DNA of 58,679 bases, counting the filler, from Actinomycetota bacterium (GTDB lineage: Bacteria > Actinomycetota > Actinomycetes > JAKEEW01): the NCBI GenBank assembly GCA_046725875.1. It is 3 parts of 3 records of this genome, joined end to end, with 100 filler letters (N's around TTAATTAATTAA, not from the genome) between each part and the next. Parts side by side here need not be neighbours in the genome. Positions count along the whole stretch, not along the records: positions 1 to 18,271 come from JBKOZJ010000159.1; positions 18,372 to 44,632 come from JBKOZJ010000162.1; 1 more part is not named here. One strand, 5' to 3'. The notes under the pieces are model-generated. The model saw nothing but the letters and a program-made list of their open reading frames with translations. It made no database searches and was not told the DNA's origin. Below, one piece after another: positions 9,331-19,664 of the stretch (positions are counted from its first letter, which is position 1; each line of letters starts with the position of its first letter). A program made the position numbers and the translations under genes.

Positions 9331-9352
9331 ACGCTAACGCCGGGCACCGACA
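9331..9352 (-). promoter_or_regulatory. RecA-NDp / PafBC-type DNA-damage promoter upstream of the AraC gene (probably leaderless)
   Basis: Minus strand TGTCGG-TGCCCGGCGT-TA-GCG-T = TGTCGG-N10-TA-N3-T, ending 6 nt before the GTG start at 9324. Confidence 0.6.
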
Positions 9353-9413
9353 ACGGTGCCCGGCGCAGATTTGTCCAAGGCCGTTGTCCGGCGGCGGCCG
9401 TTCAGCGCGGAGC

Positions 9414-9653
9414 TCAGCTGGCCGCCGCGCCTAACCCGGCGGGGCTACCTGTAGACGCGTGGGCGGTGATTCGCAGCTTGTCACCCTCGATCCAGGCGGG
9501 TGCCAGTCCCACGAGCCTGACGGCACCGCGCCGCCGCGAGATCTCGAGCAGCTCGTTTGCGGCGCGCCTGTGTACCGCCGGCCACGACTCGTTCGTTCGA
9601 CGGGTCGCAGTGACACCGATCTGTCCCCGGACTGGAATCGTCGAGGAGATCAT
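9414..9653 (-). CDS. Small hypothetical protein (79 aa)
   Basis: MISSTIPVRGQ...; strong RBS AGGAGGGAG just upstream and a DosR/OsdR-like box further upstream. Confidence 0.45.
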   Translation of the reverse strand: MISSTIPVRGQIGVTATRRTNESWPAVHRRAANELLEISRRRGAVRLVGLAPAWIEGDKLRITAHASTGSPAGLGAAAS

Positions 9654-9753
9654 CAGGTCTCTCCCTCCTGTCGTCATCGCTGACAGCCCCGTGTCGACGC
9701 CCGCGACCACCTGGTTCGTCTACCAGCCTCGCGGGAGAAGGAGAAATCCCGCT

Positions 9754-9769
9754 AAGGCCGAAGGTCCAT
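9754..9769. promoter_or_regulatory. DosR/DevR/OsdR-like binding site
   Basis: AAGGCCGAAGGTCCAT resembles the actinobacterial OsdR/DosR palindrome (AGGGCCGATCGGCCCT type). Confidence 0.4.
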
Positions 9770-9866
9770 GCTGTGCCGTGCCGACAGTCCCGACATCGCG
9801 GCCGACCGGCGCCCGCGGCGACTGACGGCGGCCGTGATCTCCGTGCTCTTGCGCAGCACAAAGTAG

Positions 9867-9900
9867 GCCGCACCCACCCGGGATGGCGGATGGGTGCGGC
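9867..9900. terminator. Intrinsic terminator hairpin downstream of L,D-transpeptidase
   Basis: GCCGCACCCA...TGGGTGCGGC stem with A/T-rich flanks on both sides. Confidence 0.7.
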
Positions 9901-9914
9901 TTGTTTGTACGCGA

Positions 9915-10574
9915 TCAGTAGTAGCTGCCGTAGACGACGACCTTTGTCCCGTACGACGTCTCCTGGAAGATGTAGTGAATCGCCGGTCGCCACACCCGAA
10001 CGCACCCGTGGCTTGCGGGGTACGGCTTGACCAGGTCATTGGAAATCGAGCCGTGCAGGGCGATGCCTGGCCGGTTGCGGAGGAAGTAGATCGAGTCGTA
10101 CATCTGCGCTCCGCTGTAGATGCTGCTTGTGTGCCAACCGGCCCACTTCTTCCAGACATAGCCGGTGCCACTCGGCGTCGAGTAACCCGGCTTGCCGGTG
10201 GAGACCCGGACGATCCGGCGGTACTTGTGGTCTACCACCTGATAGAGGATCTGGCAGGTCTTGTTGACGTAGATGCCGTTCGAGCGCGAGGTGGACGGGC
10301 GTGACGTCGCCGCGAGCACCGAGGAGGCGTCTCGGCTGGTCAGTGTGTACCGTCCGATCGGCAGTCCGTGGGTCTCCCGCCACGCGCAGAGCGCCTGTCG
10401 CGTACGTACAGTGATCACTCCGTCAACGGTGCCGGGGTGGTAGCCCAGCGCGCTCAACCGATCTTCTACGCGGTATGCCGTGGAGGCCGCCTCCGCGGAT
10501 TTCGGCACGGCGACGAGCACCCCAACGCAGGTGAGCACCGTGACCAAGAGCATGATCATGAAGCTCCGAAACAT
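9915..10574 (-). CDS. Secreted L,D-transpeptidase family protein with peptidoglycan-binding domain
   Basis: Signal peptide MFRSFMIMLLV...AEA; LSALGYHPGTVDGV; VSTGKPGYSTPSG; GIALHG and PASHGCVR catalytic motifs. Confidence 0.9.
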   Translation of the reverse strand: MFRSFMIMLLVTVLTCVGVLVAVPKSAEAASTAYRVEDRLSALGYHPGTVDGVITVRTRQALCAWRETHGLPIGRYTLTSRDASSVLAATSRPSTSRSNGIYVNKTCQILYQVVDHKYRRIVRVSTGKPGYSTPSGTGYVWKKWAGWHTSSIYSGAQMYDSIYFLRNRPGIALHGSISNDLVKPYPASHGCVRVWRPAIHYIFQETSYGTKVVVYGSYY

Positions 10575-10719
10575 TACGAACCGGCGGCCATTAGGCCGGT
10601 CTCGAGCGGTAAGCACTTTTATCCCCTTCAAGCGGTCCTGTCCTAGCTTGTTGACGCTTCGAAAGCCGTCCTTCGTTGCGCAACTCGCCCCTGCTGTGCG
10701 GGTAAGCGATGATGTCGTT

Positions 10720-11121
10720 GTGAAGCGTCCGGCGGTGCCACTCGCGAGGCATCTGCTCCGAGTACGCGACCTGATCGACCGGGCGTATGCCGAGCAGCTC
10801 GACATTGCTGCGCTCGCGCGCAGCGCGTCCGTGTCGTCTGCGTACTTCAGCCGAAGCTTCAAGGCTGCCTTCGGTGAGACTCCGCACCAATACCTCATGA
10901 GCCGGCGAATGGAGCGTGCCAAAGCTCTGTTGCGCTCGAGCGGGCTGTCCGTTACGGATGTTTGCCTCGCTGTCGGCTTCACCAGCCTGGGCTCGTTCAG
11001 CACCCAGTTCCGGCGGCTCGTTGGGGATAGCCCCACCGCGTACCGCGAACGTGACGGACACGACAGGCTGGCCCGGCTACCGCACTGCTACGTGCGCATG
11101 TGGACTCGGCCGCGCGGCTGA
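10720..11121 (+). CDS. Small AraC family regulator (HTH only)
   Basis: HLLRVRDLIDRAYA...YFSRSFKAAFGETPHQYL...VCLAVGFTSLGSFSTQF; start approximate. Confidence 0.9.
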   Translation: MKRPAVPLARHLLRVRDLIDRAYAEQLDIAALARSASVSSAYFSRSFKAAFGETPHQYLMSRRMERAKALLRSSGLSVTDVCLAVGFTSLGSFSTQFRRLVGDSPTAYRERDGHDRLARLPHCYVRMWTRPRG

Positions 11122-11256
11122 GGCGAGCCCACGCCTGCGCCAGGGCGGGCAGCTCAACAGGGCAGTTTTCGAGAAGCCCGGTGCCGCGGCGCATTCCTAG
11201 CATCGCGGTGAGGTCCGCAGACGGGCTGCGGAGCTGACATCTATGGGAGACCCGAC

Positions 11257-12030
11257 ATGCAGATCGAGTCCACGGACGGCACGGTGATCGCGTTCGACCA
11301 GATCGGCGAGGGTCCGCCGATCATCCTGGTCGCCGGCGCCTCATCTGATCGAGCCGTCGACGCCCCGATAGCCGAGGCGCTGGCGCGAGACTTCACGGTA
11401 CTCAACTACGACCGGCGGGGTCGCGGCGACAGCGCCGACACACCGCCGTATTCCGTCGCGCGGGAGGTCGAGGACATCCAGGCGCTTCTAGACGCGGCCG
11501 GTGGGTCGGCGAGCGTTCTCGGGCTCTCGTCCGGTGCTGCATTGGCCGCCGAGGCAGCGGCGAGCGGGCTGTTCATCGACAGCCTGATCTTGTGGGAGCC
11601 TCCGTTCAGCATCGACCCGGACGGTCCAGGGCGGGCCGCCGCATACTCCCAGCGTCTGGCCGAGCTGCTTGCCGCCAACCGGCGGGATGACGCGCTCGTG
11701 CACTTTATGAAGCAGGTCGGCATTCCGGACGACGTGATCGCCGGAATCCGCCAGACACCGTACTGGCAGGTCGGCCTGAGCCTCGCGCCCACACTTGCTT
11801 ATGACGCTGCGATCATGGGCGACACCACGATCCCAGCCGAGCGGTACGCCCGGATCGGTGCCCGCACGCTCGTGCTGGCCGGCTCGCAGAGCCCCGACTT
11901 TCTACGGCAAGCGGCTGTGCAGACGGCAGCGGCCATCCCAGGGGCGCGGGTCGAAGTCTTGGAAGGCCAGGACCACAACGTCGCCGGGGAGGCGATGGCA
12001 CCGGTCGTCGCCGCCTTCGCGGACCACTGA
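11257..12030 (+). CDS. Alpha/beta hydrolase
   Basis: YDRRGRGDS, GLSSG nucleophile elbow, LEGQDH. Confidence 0.92.
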   Translation: MQIESTDGTVIAFDQIGEGPPIILVAGASSDRAVDAPIAEALARDFTVLNYDRRGRGDSADTPPYSVAREVEDIQALLDAAGGSASVLGLSSGAALAAEAAASGLFIDSLILWEPPFSIDPDGPGRAAAYSQRLAELLAANRRDDALVHFMKQVGIPDDVIAGIRQTPYWQVGLSLAPTLAYDAAIMGDTTIPAERYARIGARTLVLAGSQSPDFLRQAAVQTAAAIPGARVEVLEGQDHNVAGEAMAPVVAAFADH

Positions 12031-12102
12031 GCCAAGCCGGGCAAGAGGAGCTAACCGATGTGCCACGGTGTCGCAACAAGTCTCTTGAGGAGGAGAGCAT
12101 CC

Positions 12103-12525
12103 GTGATCACCGGCATGGGGCTGGTCTGCGTCAACGTACTGGATATGGATCAGGCCCGCGATTTCTACGTCGACACGCTCGGATTCGAGATCGACGTCGA
12201 CATGGTCCAAGAGGGCTTCCACTGGTTCGTCGTCCATGCGCCGCGACAACCGGAGGTTCCACTGATGCTGGTCGTGCCGGGTCCGCCGGTTGTCGAGGGC
12301 GAGGTGGCTCAGCAGATCCGGTCGCTGGTTGCCACGGGGTATCTCGGTCCCGGCGCATTCGCAACCGACGACTGTTGGGCCACCTACCACGAGTTGAAGG
12401 CGAAGGGCGTCGAGTTCATCGAGGAACCTGCGGAGCGGTTCTACGGCATCGACGCCGCGTTCCGCGATCCCTTCGGGAACCACTGGCGGCTCACCCAACG
12501 GAAGGAGATCGAGCTGTCTAGCTAG
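12103..12525 (+). CDS. VOC (glyoxalase/bleomycin resistance) family protein
   Basis: DMDQARDFYVDTLGFE...LKAKGVEFIEEP...FRDPFGN; GAGGAG before GTG 12103. Confidence 0.92.
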   Translation: MITGMGLVCVNVLDMDQARDFYVDTLGFEIDVDMVQEGFHWFVVHAPRQPEVPLMLVVPGPPVVEGEVAQQIRSLVATGYLGPGAFATDDCWATYHELKAKGVEFIEEPAERFYGIDAAFRDPFGNHWRLTQRKEIELSS

Positions 12526-12546
12526 CATCACTCGGCGCTGGATGAC

Positions 12547-12596
12547 GAGAGTGACCATCTTCTCCCTTGTCCATGGAGAAGATGGTCACGACTCTC
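12547..12596. terminator. Long hairpin between convergent VOC and galM genes (bidirectional terminator or REP-like)
   Basis: GAGAGTGACCATCTTCTCC...GGAGAAGATGGTCACGACTCTC. Confidence 0.7.
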
Positions 12597-12611
12597 GGAG
12601 CGGGTACTTCC

Positions 12612-13835
12612 TCAGCGCGCAGGCCTGCGCATTGTCGAGAACTGGTAGATGGTCGTTGTGTTGTACTCACCACCCGGCCTGAGCACGGTCGAGGGGAAGT
12701 TGGGGTGGTTCGGCGAGTCCGGGAAGTGCTGTGTCTCGAGCGCCAGTCCGTCGCCCTGCCGATACATCCGTCCGCTCGTACCGATCAGTGTCCCGTCCAG
12801 GAAGTTGCCCGAGTAGAACTGGATGCCCGGTTCAGTGCTGAAGACCGACAGCACGCGGCCACTGCTGGGATCTGTCAGCCTGGCGGCGAGCTCCAGACCG
12901 GAGCCTTGCCGATCTAGCACGTAGTTGTGGTCGTAGCCCCGTCCGATGACCAGTTGGGGGTGGCTGTCGCGGATGCGGGCACCGATCTCCGTGGGTGTAC
13001 GGAAGTCCAGCGGAGTGCCGGCAAGCGGTGCGAGCACCCCGGTCGGGATGAGCGTTTCGTCGACCGGCGTGTAGCGGCTGGCTTTGATCTGCAGCTTGTG
13101 GCCGAGGATGCCGCCGTTGCCCTCGCCCGCCAGGTTCCAGTAGGCGTGGTTGGTCAGGTTGACGATGGTCGGCGCGTTGGTCGTCGCGCGGTAGTTCATC
13201 CGGATCTCATTCTTGTTCGTCAGCGTGTAGACGACCGTCGTCTTGAGCGTCCCCGGATAGTTCTCCTCGCCGGCTGGACTGGTGTAGGAGAGCGCGAGCC
13301 CGACGCTATCCCGATTCTGGAATTCGTCGGTGATCGTCCAGACTCGCTTGTCGAACCCGACGTTTCCACCGTGCAGGTGGTTCGGCGGATTATTTATGGC
13401 GAGCTGGTACGTAACGCCGTCGAGGGTGAACCTTCCCTTTGCGATGCGGTTGGCATAGCGACCGGTGATGCAGCCGAAATACGGGTTGCGCTCGATGTAG
13501 TCCGTGAGGTTGTTGAATCCGAGCGTGACGTTCGCCAGCTTGCCGCGCCGGTCGGGCACCTCGATGGACTGCAGGATCCCGCCATAGGTGAGGATCTTGA
13601 CTTTCATGCCACGGGAATTCCGTAGCGTGTAGATGTCAATCTTGGTGCCGTCCGGCATCGTGCCGAACACGGCTTTCGTGATGCTCGGAGGGGCATGACG
13701 CCCCCGGTTGGCGACCGAACCTGCCGCCGGTGAGGAGGATGCCGCGGCCAGGCCGATGGCGAGGGTTGTCAGGGCGGCTGCGCCTACGCGGGCAACGACC
13801 CTGACCCGCTGGGTCAGTGGAGACGTCTTTGACAT
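12612..13835 (-). CDS. galM: Aldose 1-epimerase (galactose mutarotase) with N-terminal signal peptide
   Basis: [40 protein letters not shown]. Confidence 0.93.
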   Translation of the reverse strand: MSKTSPLTQRVRVVARVGAAALTTLAIGLAAASSSPAAGSVANRGRHAPPSITKAVFGTMPDGTKIDIYTLRNSRGMKVKILTYGGILQSIEVPDRRGKLANVTLGFNNLTDYIERNPYFGCITGRYANRIAKGRFTLDGVTYQLAINNPPNHLHGGNVGFDKRVWTITDEFQNRDSVGLALSYTSPAGEENYPGTLKTTVVYTLTNKNEIRMNYRATTNAPTIVNLTNHAYWNLAGEGNGGILGHKLQIKASRYTPVDETLIPTGVLAPLAGTPLDFRTPTEIGARIRDSHPQLVIGRGYDHNYVLDRQGSGLELAARLTDPSSGRVLSVFSTEPGIQFYSGNFLDGTLIGTSGRMYRQGDGLALETQHFPDSPNHPNFPSTVLRPGGEYNTTTIYQFSTMRRPAR

Positions 13836-14092
13836 TCCGCACCCTTTCGATTGAGGCGGTCATCACGTTCACTCGTCCATGCGCTTGGCTATCGACCACC
13901 TCTCGTCTGCTCTGCGAGGGGCTAGCCAGCAGCGATTGCCGCCGAGGTATGGAGACGGCGGGGATCGTCGGACCGCGCTGGTACTGGAGCAAGAAGGTCG
14001 GTCGACCCTTGAGGCCGGCAGTGCTCAAGGACCGCTTGAGTGACGGGCCCGGCCGATCACGCCGGGCGATCAGCCGGGCGCCTTCGGTCACG

Positions 14093-14121
14093 TGACTATC
14101 GAGAATAGTGAAAGGTGTCAA
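14093..14121 (-). promoter_or_regulatory. Sigma-70/HrdB-type promoter facing galM with a palindromic operator in the spacer
   Basis: Minus strand TTGACA-17 bp-TAGTCA; ACTAT-N5-ATAGT palindrome overlaps spacer and -10. Confidence 0.6.
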
Positions 14122-14335
14122 GGCGAGGTTGGCACGATGCCAGGCGTCAGTTGGGCATCAGTCGGCAAGTCCGGCAGATCGTGGAATACCGGCTGCGGTA
14201 CACCCTTCGGTACGTCCGACACATCGCGCTGTGCTTGCCGCGGTCTTCGACGGCTGACCGGCGTTCGCTCGCGCCTCGCGGCCGGTGCGAGCCCCCGGCG
14301 CGAGGTCACGCGAATGGAGAGCTAAGGTCCGTGAC

Positions 14336-17300
14336 GTGGCTGTAAAGTCGCTGACGATCGACGCCACGGTTTCCGGTCCGGTCCTCGAGCGATTCCATCC
14401 GGCGGTACGGGTCTGGTTCGAGCGGCGGTTTCCCGATGGACCGACCGAGGCCCAGGCGAAGGGCTGGCCGGCGATTGTCGCCGGTGAGCACGCGCTCATA
14501 TGCGCCCCTACCGGTTCGGGCAAGACCCTGGCCGGATTCCTCGCCGCCATCGACGCCCTTTACCGCGCGCACCAGGCCGGCCAAACCATCGAGGGCGCCA
14601 CGCAGGTGTTGTACCTGAGTCCGCTGAAGGCCCTGGCCGTCGATGTCCACACCAACCTCGAAGAACCCCTCGCCGAGATCGCAGAGGTGGCTCGGGACCT
14701 TGGCCACGACCCGGCGCCCATCACCGTCGCCGTAAGGACCGGTGACTCCACTTCGTACGAGCGGCAGGTGATGACGCGCCAGCCACCCAACCTCCTTGTA
14801 ACGACGCCGGAATCGCTCTATCTGTACCTGACCGCCGAACGGTCGCGCGCCACCCTCGCCACCGTGGAGACGGTCATCGTCGACGAGATCCATGCGCTGG
14901 CCCGTGACAAGCGCGGCTCGCACCTCACCCTCTCGCTCGAGCGGCTCCAGACGGTGACCGAACGACCACCGGTACGCGTCGGCCTCTCGGCGACGGTCAG
15001 GCCGGTTGAGACGGCTGCCCGCCTGCTGGTGGGCGCGGGTGAACCGATGCCCGCCGTCGTCGACAGCGGGCACCGGCGACAGCTCGACCTGTCGCTGGAG
15101 CTTCCCGACGGCGAGCTCGAGGCGGCCCTTTCCGGCGATCAGTTCAACGAGATCCTCGACCGCATCGGCGCCCACGTTGCCGCCCAGCGAACGACCTTGG
15201 TCTTCGTCAACACCAGGAAGCTGTCCGAGCGGGTGGCTCATGAGCTGGGCGAACGGCTGGGGCAGGACCAGGTCGCCGCCCATCACGGATCCCTATCGCG
15301 GGAGCGACGCCAGCGGGTCGAGCATCGCTTGAGGGCGGGCGGCCTGCGCGCGCTCGTCGCCACGGCCTCGCTGGAACTCGGCATCGATGTCGGGCCGGTC
15401 GAGCTCGTGTGTCAGATCGGCTCGCCCCACAACATCGCCACCTTCCTCCAGCGGGTAGGACGGGCCAACCACCACCGCACCGGTGTCCCCCGGGGGATCA
15501 TCTACCCGACCACCCGAGACGAGCTGGTCGAGTGCGCGGCGTTGCTGGCCGCGGTCGAGCGGGGAAATCTCGATGCCCTGCACCCGCCCGACCAGCCCCT
15601 CGACGTCCTCGCTCAGCAGATCGTGGCCGAGGCGGCGGGCAGGGGCGACGACGGTGTGGCCGAGAACGAGCTGTTCGAGCTCGTCACCCGGGCCTGGCCA
15701 TATCGGCGGCTCCCCCGTCCGGAGTTCGAGGAGGTCATCGATCTGGTCTCGGCGGGCATCGAGACCGGGCGCGGACGGCGGATGGCGTACCTCCATCGCG
15801 ACCGGGTCAACGGGCGGCTCCGCGGCCGTCGGGGCGCCCGGTTGGCCGCCCTCACCTCAGGGGGCGCGATCCCCGAAACCGGCGACTACCGAGTGCTAAT
15901 GGAGCCAGGCGACGTCTTCATCGGCAATGTGAACGAGGATTTCGCAATCGAGTCCTTTCAGGGCGACGTCTTCCTCCTCGGTAGCCATCCGTGGCAAGTC
16001 GTGCAGGTGACCAACGGCGTCATGCGGGTGCGCGACGCCACCGGCAAGCACCCCACGATCCCGTTCTGGCTGGGCGAGGCGCCGGGCCGCACCGAAGAGC
16101 TGTCCGAGGAGGTCTCCCGGCTGCGGAGCGCGGTGGCGGAACGGCTCGACGCCGGCGGGCGAGAGACCGCCGTCGCCCTCCTGCGGGAGGCCTCCGGTGT
16201 CGACGAGGTCGCGGCCGCCCTCATCGTCGACTATTTGCGGGCCGGCCGGGCCGGGCTGGGCGGCGTGCTCCCCACCCTCGACGACATCGTGTTCGAGCGT
16301 TTCTTCGACCAGAGCGGCGGCATGCAGCTCATCGTCCACGCCCCGTTGGGCGCCAGGATCAACCGAGCGCTCGGTCTCGGACTGCGCAAGAAGTTCTGCG
16401 TCACGTTCGATTTCGAGCTTCAGGCGGCGGCCAGCAACGACGCCGTACTGCTGTCGCTTGGCCCCCAGCACTCGTTCCCGCTGGAGGACGTGCCCGCCTT
16501 CCTTCGCTCCTACAACGTGCAGGATGCCGTCTCCCAGGCGCTGCTTCGCAGCCCGATGTTCACGGCTCGCTGGCGGTGGAACCTCAACCGTTCGCTGGCG
16601 GTGCTGCGCCGCAAGGGCGGTCGCCTCAACCCGTTCAATATCCAGCGCATGGAGGCGGCCGACCTCATGGCGGCCGTGTTCCCGTCCCTCGCCGCCTGCC
16701 AGGACAACGCCCCTGCCGGTCCCATTGAGATCCCCGATCACCCGCTCGTTCGGGAGACGGTGGGCGACTGCCTCACCGAAGCCATGGACATCGACGGTCT
16801 CCAAGCGCTGGTGCGCCGGTTCGAGCAAGGGAGCGTTCGCCTCCACTTCGTCGACTCCGTCGAGCCGAGCGTGCTCGCCCACGAGATCCTCAACGGCGCC
16901 CCCTTCACGTACCTCGACGAGGAGACCGAGATCGGCGAGCGCCGCTCGCGCGCGGTTCCGCTGCGCCGGGGGCTGCCGGTGGAGCCTCGGGAGCTGGGCC
17001 GGCTCGACCCAGACGCCATCGAGCGGGTGCGGGCGGAGGCATTCCCGGACGTGCGCGACGCCGACGAGCTCCACGACGTGCTGCTGTCCCTCGTCGCCGC
17101 TCGGCCGCGGCGCGAGTGGGCCGAGCAGTTCAAAGCCCTGGCGAACGCCGGCCGGTCCTTCGAGGTTTACCCGCCTGGCCCAACCGGCATCCTCTGGGCG
17201 GCGACCGAACGCCGGACGGAGGTCGAGCACCTCTTCCAGGATGCCCGGTTCGTACCCGATCACCCCGTTCCGCCTGGCCTGGCCACCGGTCCGGACGCGG

Positions 17301-18271
17301 TGACCGCCGACGAGGCTGCCGTGAGCCTCATTCGAGGCCACCTCGACGTCTCCGGTCCGGTCACCGTGGATGATCTCGCGGCCGCCACCGGCGTCTCGCC
17401 GGGCTCGGTCACTATCGCCCTCGAGGGCCTTCGGGCCAATGGGTTCGCGGTGAGCGGGCGCTTCGAGCCCGAGCGGGGCGAGCAGTGGTGCGGCCGTCGG
17501 CTGCTGGCCCGCATCCATGGCTACACCCGGGAGCGGCGGCGGGCTCAGGTGCGTCCCATCAGCCAGGAGGAGTGGCAGGGTTTCCTCCGGTCCTGGTGGC
17601 ACGCCACTCCCGGGACCCAACGCCAGGGCAGGGCCGGACTGGCAGAGGTAATCGAACAGCTCCAGGGCTCGGAGTGGCCGGCCGGGGAGTGGGAGCGGCT
17701 CTTCGCCGAGCGGGTGGAGGCGTACCGCCCCGAGTGGCTCGACGACCTGTGCCTGTCCGGCGAGGTGGTCTGGGGTCGGCTGTCCCTCGTCGAGCCGGCC
17801 GCCGACAGTTACGATCCCGCCGCCGGGGAGCCTCGCCGCTCCGGGAAGACGCCCTCCCACCGGACGCCTATCACCTTCATGCTGCGGCAGGACCTGCCGT
17901 GGCTCCTCCCGGCCCACCGCGGGGCCGCCGTGCCCGCCGAACCCAATGCCGGCTCCGGGCGGGAGGTGCTCGACGCCCTGCGCGAACACGGCGCCCTCTT
18001 CCACTTCGACCTCCAGGCCATCACCCGTCGCCTCCCCACCGAGGTCGAGGAAGGCCTTTGGGACGGCGTCGCCCGCGGACTCATCACAGCCGACGGATTT
18101 AACGCGGTTCGGTCTCTTCTACACGCCCGCACCCGGCTCGCCCGCCGTCAGCGACCCTTCCCCCGCACCGGTTCCCGCGGCCGTCGGGGCACGTGGCGGC
18201 AGGGCGTCGAGGGCCGCTGGACGCCGCTGCCCGCCGCTGAGCCGATCGACGACATCGAGGAGCTGGCCGAA
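14336..18271 (+). CDS. lhr: Lhr-family ATP-dependent DEAH helicase, 3' end lost at the contig break
   Basis: APTGSGKT, SPLKAL, TTPES, DEIH, LSAT, HHGS, TASLELGIDVG, QRVGRANH; start approximate. Confidence 0.93.
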
Positions 18272-18371
18272 NNNNNNNNNNNNNNNNNNNNNNNNNNNNN
18301 NNNNNNNNNNNNNNNTTAATTAATTAANNNNNNNNNNNNNNNNNNNNNNNNNNNNNNNNNNNNNNNNNNNN
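18272..18371. other. Artificial contig linker (N runs around TTAATTAATTAA)
   Basis: N44-TTAATTAATTAA-N44 six-frame-stop spacer. Confidence 0.97.
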
Positions 18372-18420
18372 GCCTTCGACTTCGCCACCCGCCCACCATA
18401 AATCGCCGGGCGCCAAAGCT

Positions 18421-18655
18421 TGATCGCCACACCCCAAACCCCTGATCGCCGCGCGCCACCACCTGATCGCCGCGCCAGCCCCGATCGCCGCGCCAGCCCC
18501 GATCGCCGCGCGCCACCCCCTGATCGCCCGCGAGCCCCTGATCGCCGCGCGCCACCTCCTGATCGCCGCGCCAGCCCCCGACAGCCGCGCGCCACCCCCT
18601 CATCGCCGCGCCAGCCCCCTGAGCGCCGCGCGCCACCCCCTGATCGCCGCGCCTA
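18421..18655 (+). repeat. Degenerate C-rich tandem array, 12 units of ~18-22 bp, consensus TGATCGCCGCG(CG)CCA(G/C)CCCC
   Basis: Counted directly from the sequence; most units start YGATCGCC, three are degenerate. Confidence 0.9.
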
Positions 18656-18691
18656 GAACGCAGCCCGCTGGCCGCCTCAACCCCAACAACC

Positions 18692-18757
18692 ATGATCGCG
18701 GAAATCTGGATCAAACTGTCCGGAAGTGGCCAGTACGATCCACGTTTCGGCGATCAA
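18692..18757. repeat. 66-bp palindromic REP-like element, copy A (upstream of DUF559 gene)
   Basis: ATGATCGCGGAAATCTGGATCAAACTGTCCGGAAGTGGCCAGTACGATCCACGTTTCGGCGATCAA. Confidence 0.85.
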
Positions 18758-18784
18758 GCACCAGATGCGGGATGATCCCCGACC

Positions 18785-19664
18785 GTGGAACTCGCGCAGC
18801 TCGCAGAAGCACAGGGCGGAGTCTTCACCCGCGCGCAGGCGCGCCGCTGCGGCTATTCCTGGAAACAGATCCGCGGGAAGCTTGACTGCACTCACGGGCA
18901 AAGCGCTGACGGTAGCCGGTACACCGATTACGACACCAGCACGTGAATGGGCGGCCTTGCTAACCGCCGGGCGATGGGCCGTTTTCAGCGGACCGTCCGC
19001 AGCGGCCCGGCACGGCTGGGACATGGGCGGACCCCGACCGTGCATCACGGTCCCGCCGAGTCAGCGGCTCACCATGCCGGGTGTCGTCATTTTGCGTTTC
19101 GATCTCCCCGATAGCGACGTCGACGTCCAGGAGTGCGTCCCGGTCACGAGCGGCATCCGGACGATCCTGGACTGCCTGCGGTTATTGCCGTTTGACGACG
19201 CCGCGAGGGTTCTCGATCGCGCGCTACAGAAGCAACTCGTCGACTTCGACGGCTTGTGCAGCCGGGTCATCGGTCTGGCCGGTCAGCGTGGCACACCCAA
19301 GCTGATCAAACTCCTCAAGCAAGCCGGTCTGGGTACGAGATCGGAAGCCGAGCGGTGGTTGTACCGCCTCTTGCGTGCAGCCAACATCGGCGGCTGGTAC
19401 GCCAACTTCCGGGTATCGGACGTCACCGGCTGGATCGGCGAGATTGACGTCGCCTTCCCCGACGTGAAGCTCGCGATCGAGGTCGACGGTCGGGCATGGC
19501 ACTCGGCCTGGGATCGTTTCGAGTGGGATCGAACCAAGCAGAACCGTCTCGAGCTCGCCGGCTGGAAGGTGCTCCGGTTCACCTGGGAGGCGATAACCGG
19601 CCGCCCGGCGAAGGTCCTGGCCGATATTCAGCAGATGCTCGCCGTGCTGCGCGCCCGCCCATAG
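18785..19664 (+). CDS. AbiEi-like N-terminus + DUF559 (Vsr-like) endonuclease; apparent frameshift near 18880
   Basis: Frame from GTG 18785: VELAQLAEAQGGVFTRAQARRCGYS; other frame: PVTSGIRTILD...SEAER...EIDVAFPDVKLAIEVDGRAWH...DRTKQNRLELAGWKVLRFTW. Confidence 0.85.

Noticed and set aside
9100..9825. 241-aa plus-strand ORF
   Set aside because: Overlaps AraC antisense and regulatory motifs; no family features.
15896..18004. Long antisense ORFs (also 5387-7417, 22905-24422, 47591-49150)
   Set aside because: Shadow frames of real high-GC genes with no recognisable motifs.
1775..18271. Integrative element at tRNA-Ser
   Set aside because: No integrase and no duplicated tRNA 3' end found in the window.
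18272..18371. TTAATTAATTAA palindromes (also 44633-44732) and ORFs crossing them
   Set aside because: Artificial linker; Lhr-DUF559 adjacency and the truncations are assembly artefacts.
18421..18655. CRISPR array or repeat protein (PDRRAPP / RGDQG ORFs)
   Set aside because: No unique spacers, units too short, no cas genes; the ORFs simply translate the DNA repeat.
18726..19664. Complete type IV toxin-antitoxin (AbiE) system
   Set aside because: No AbiEii nucleotidyltransferase partner visible on this contig.
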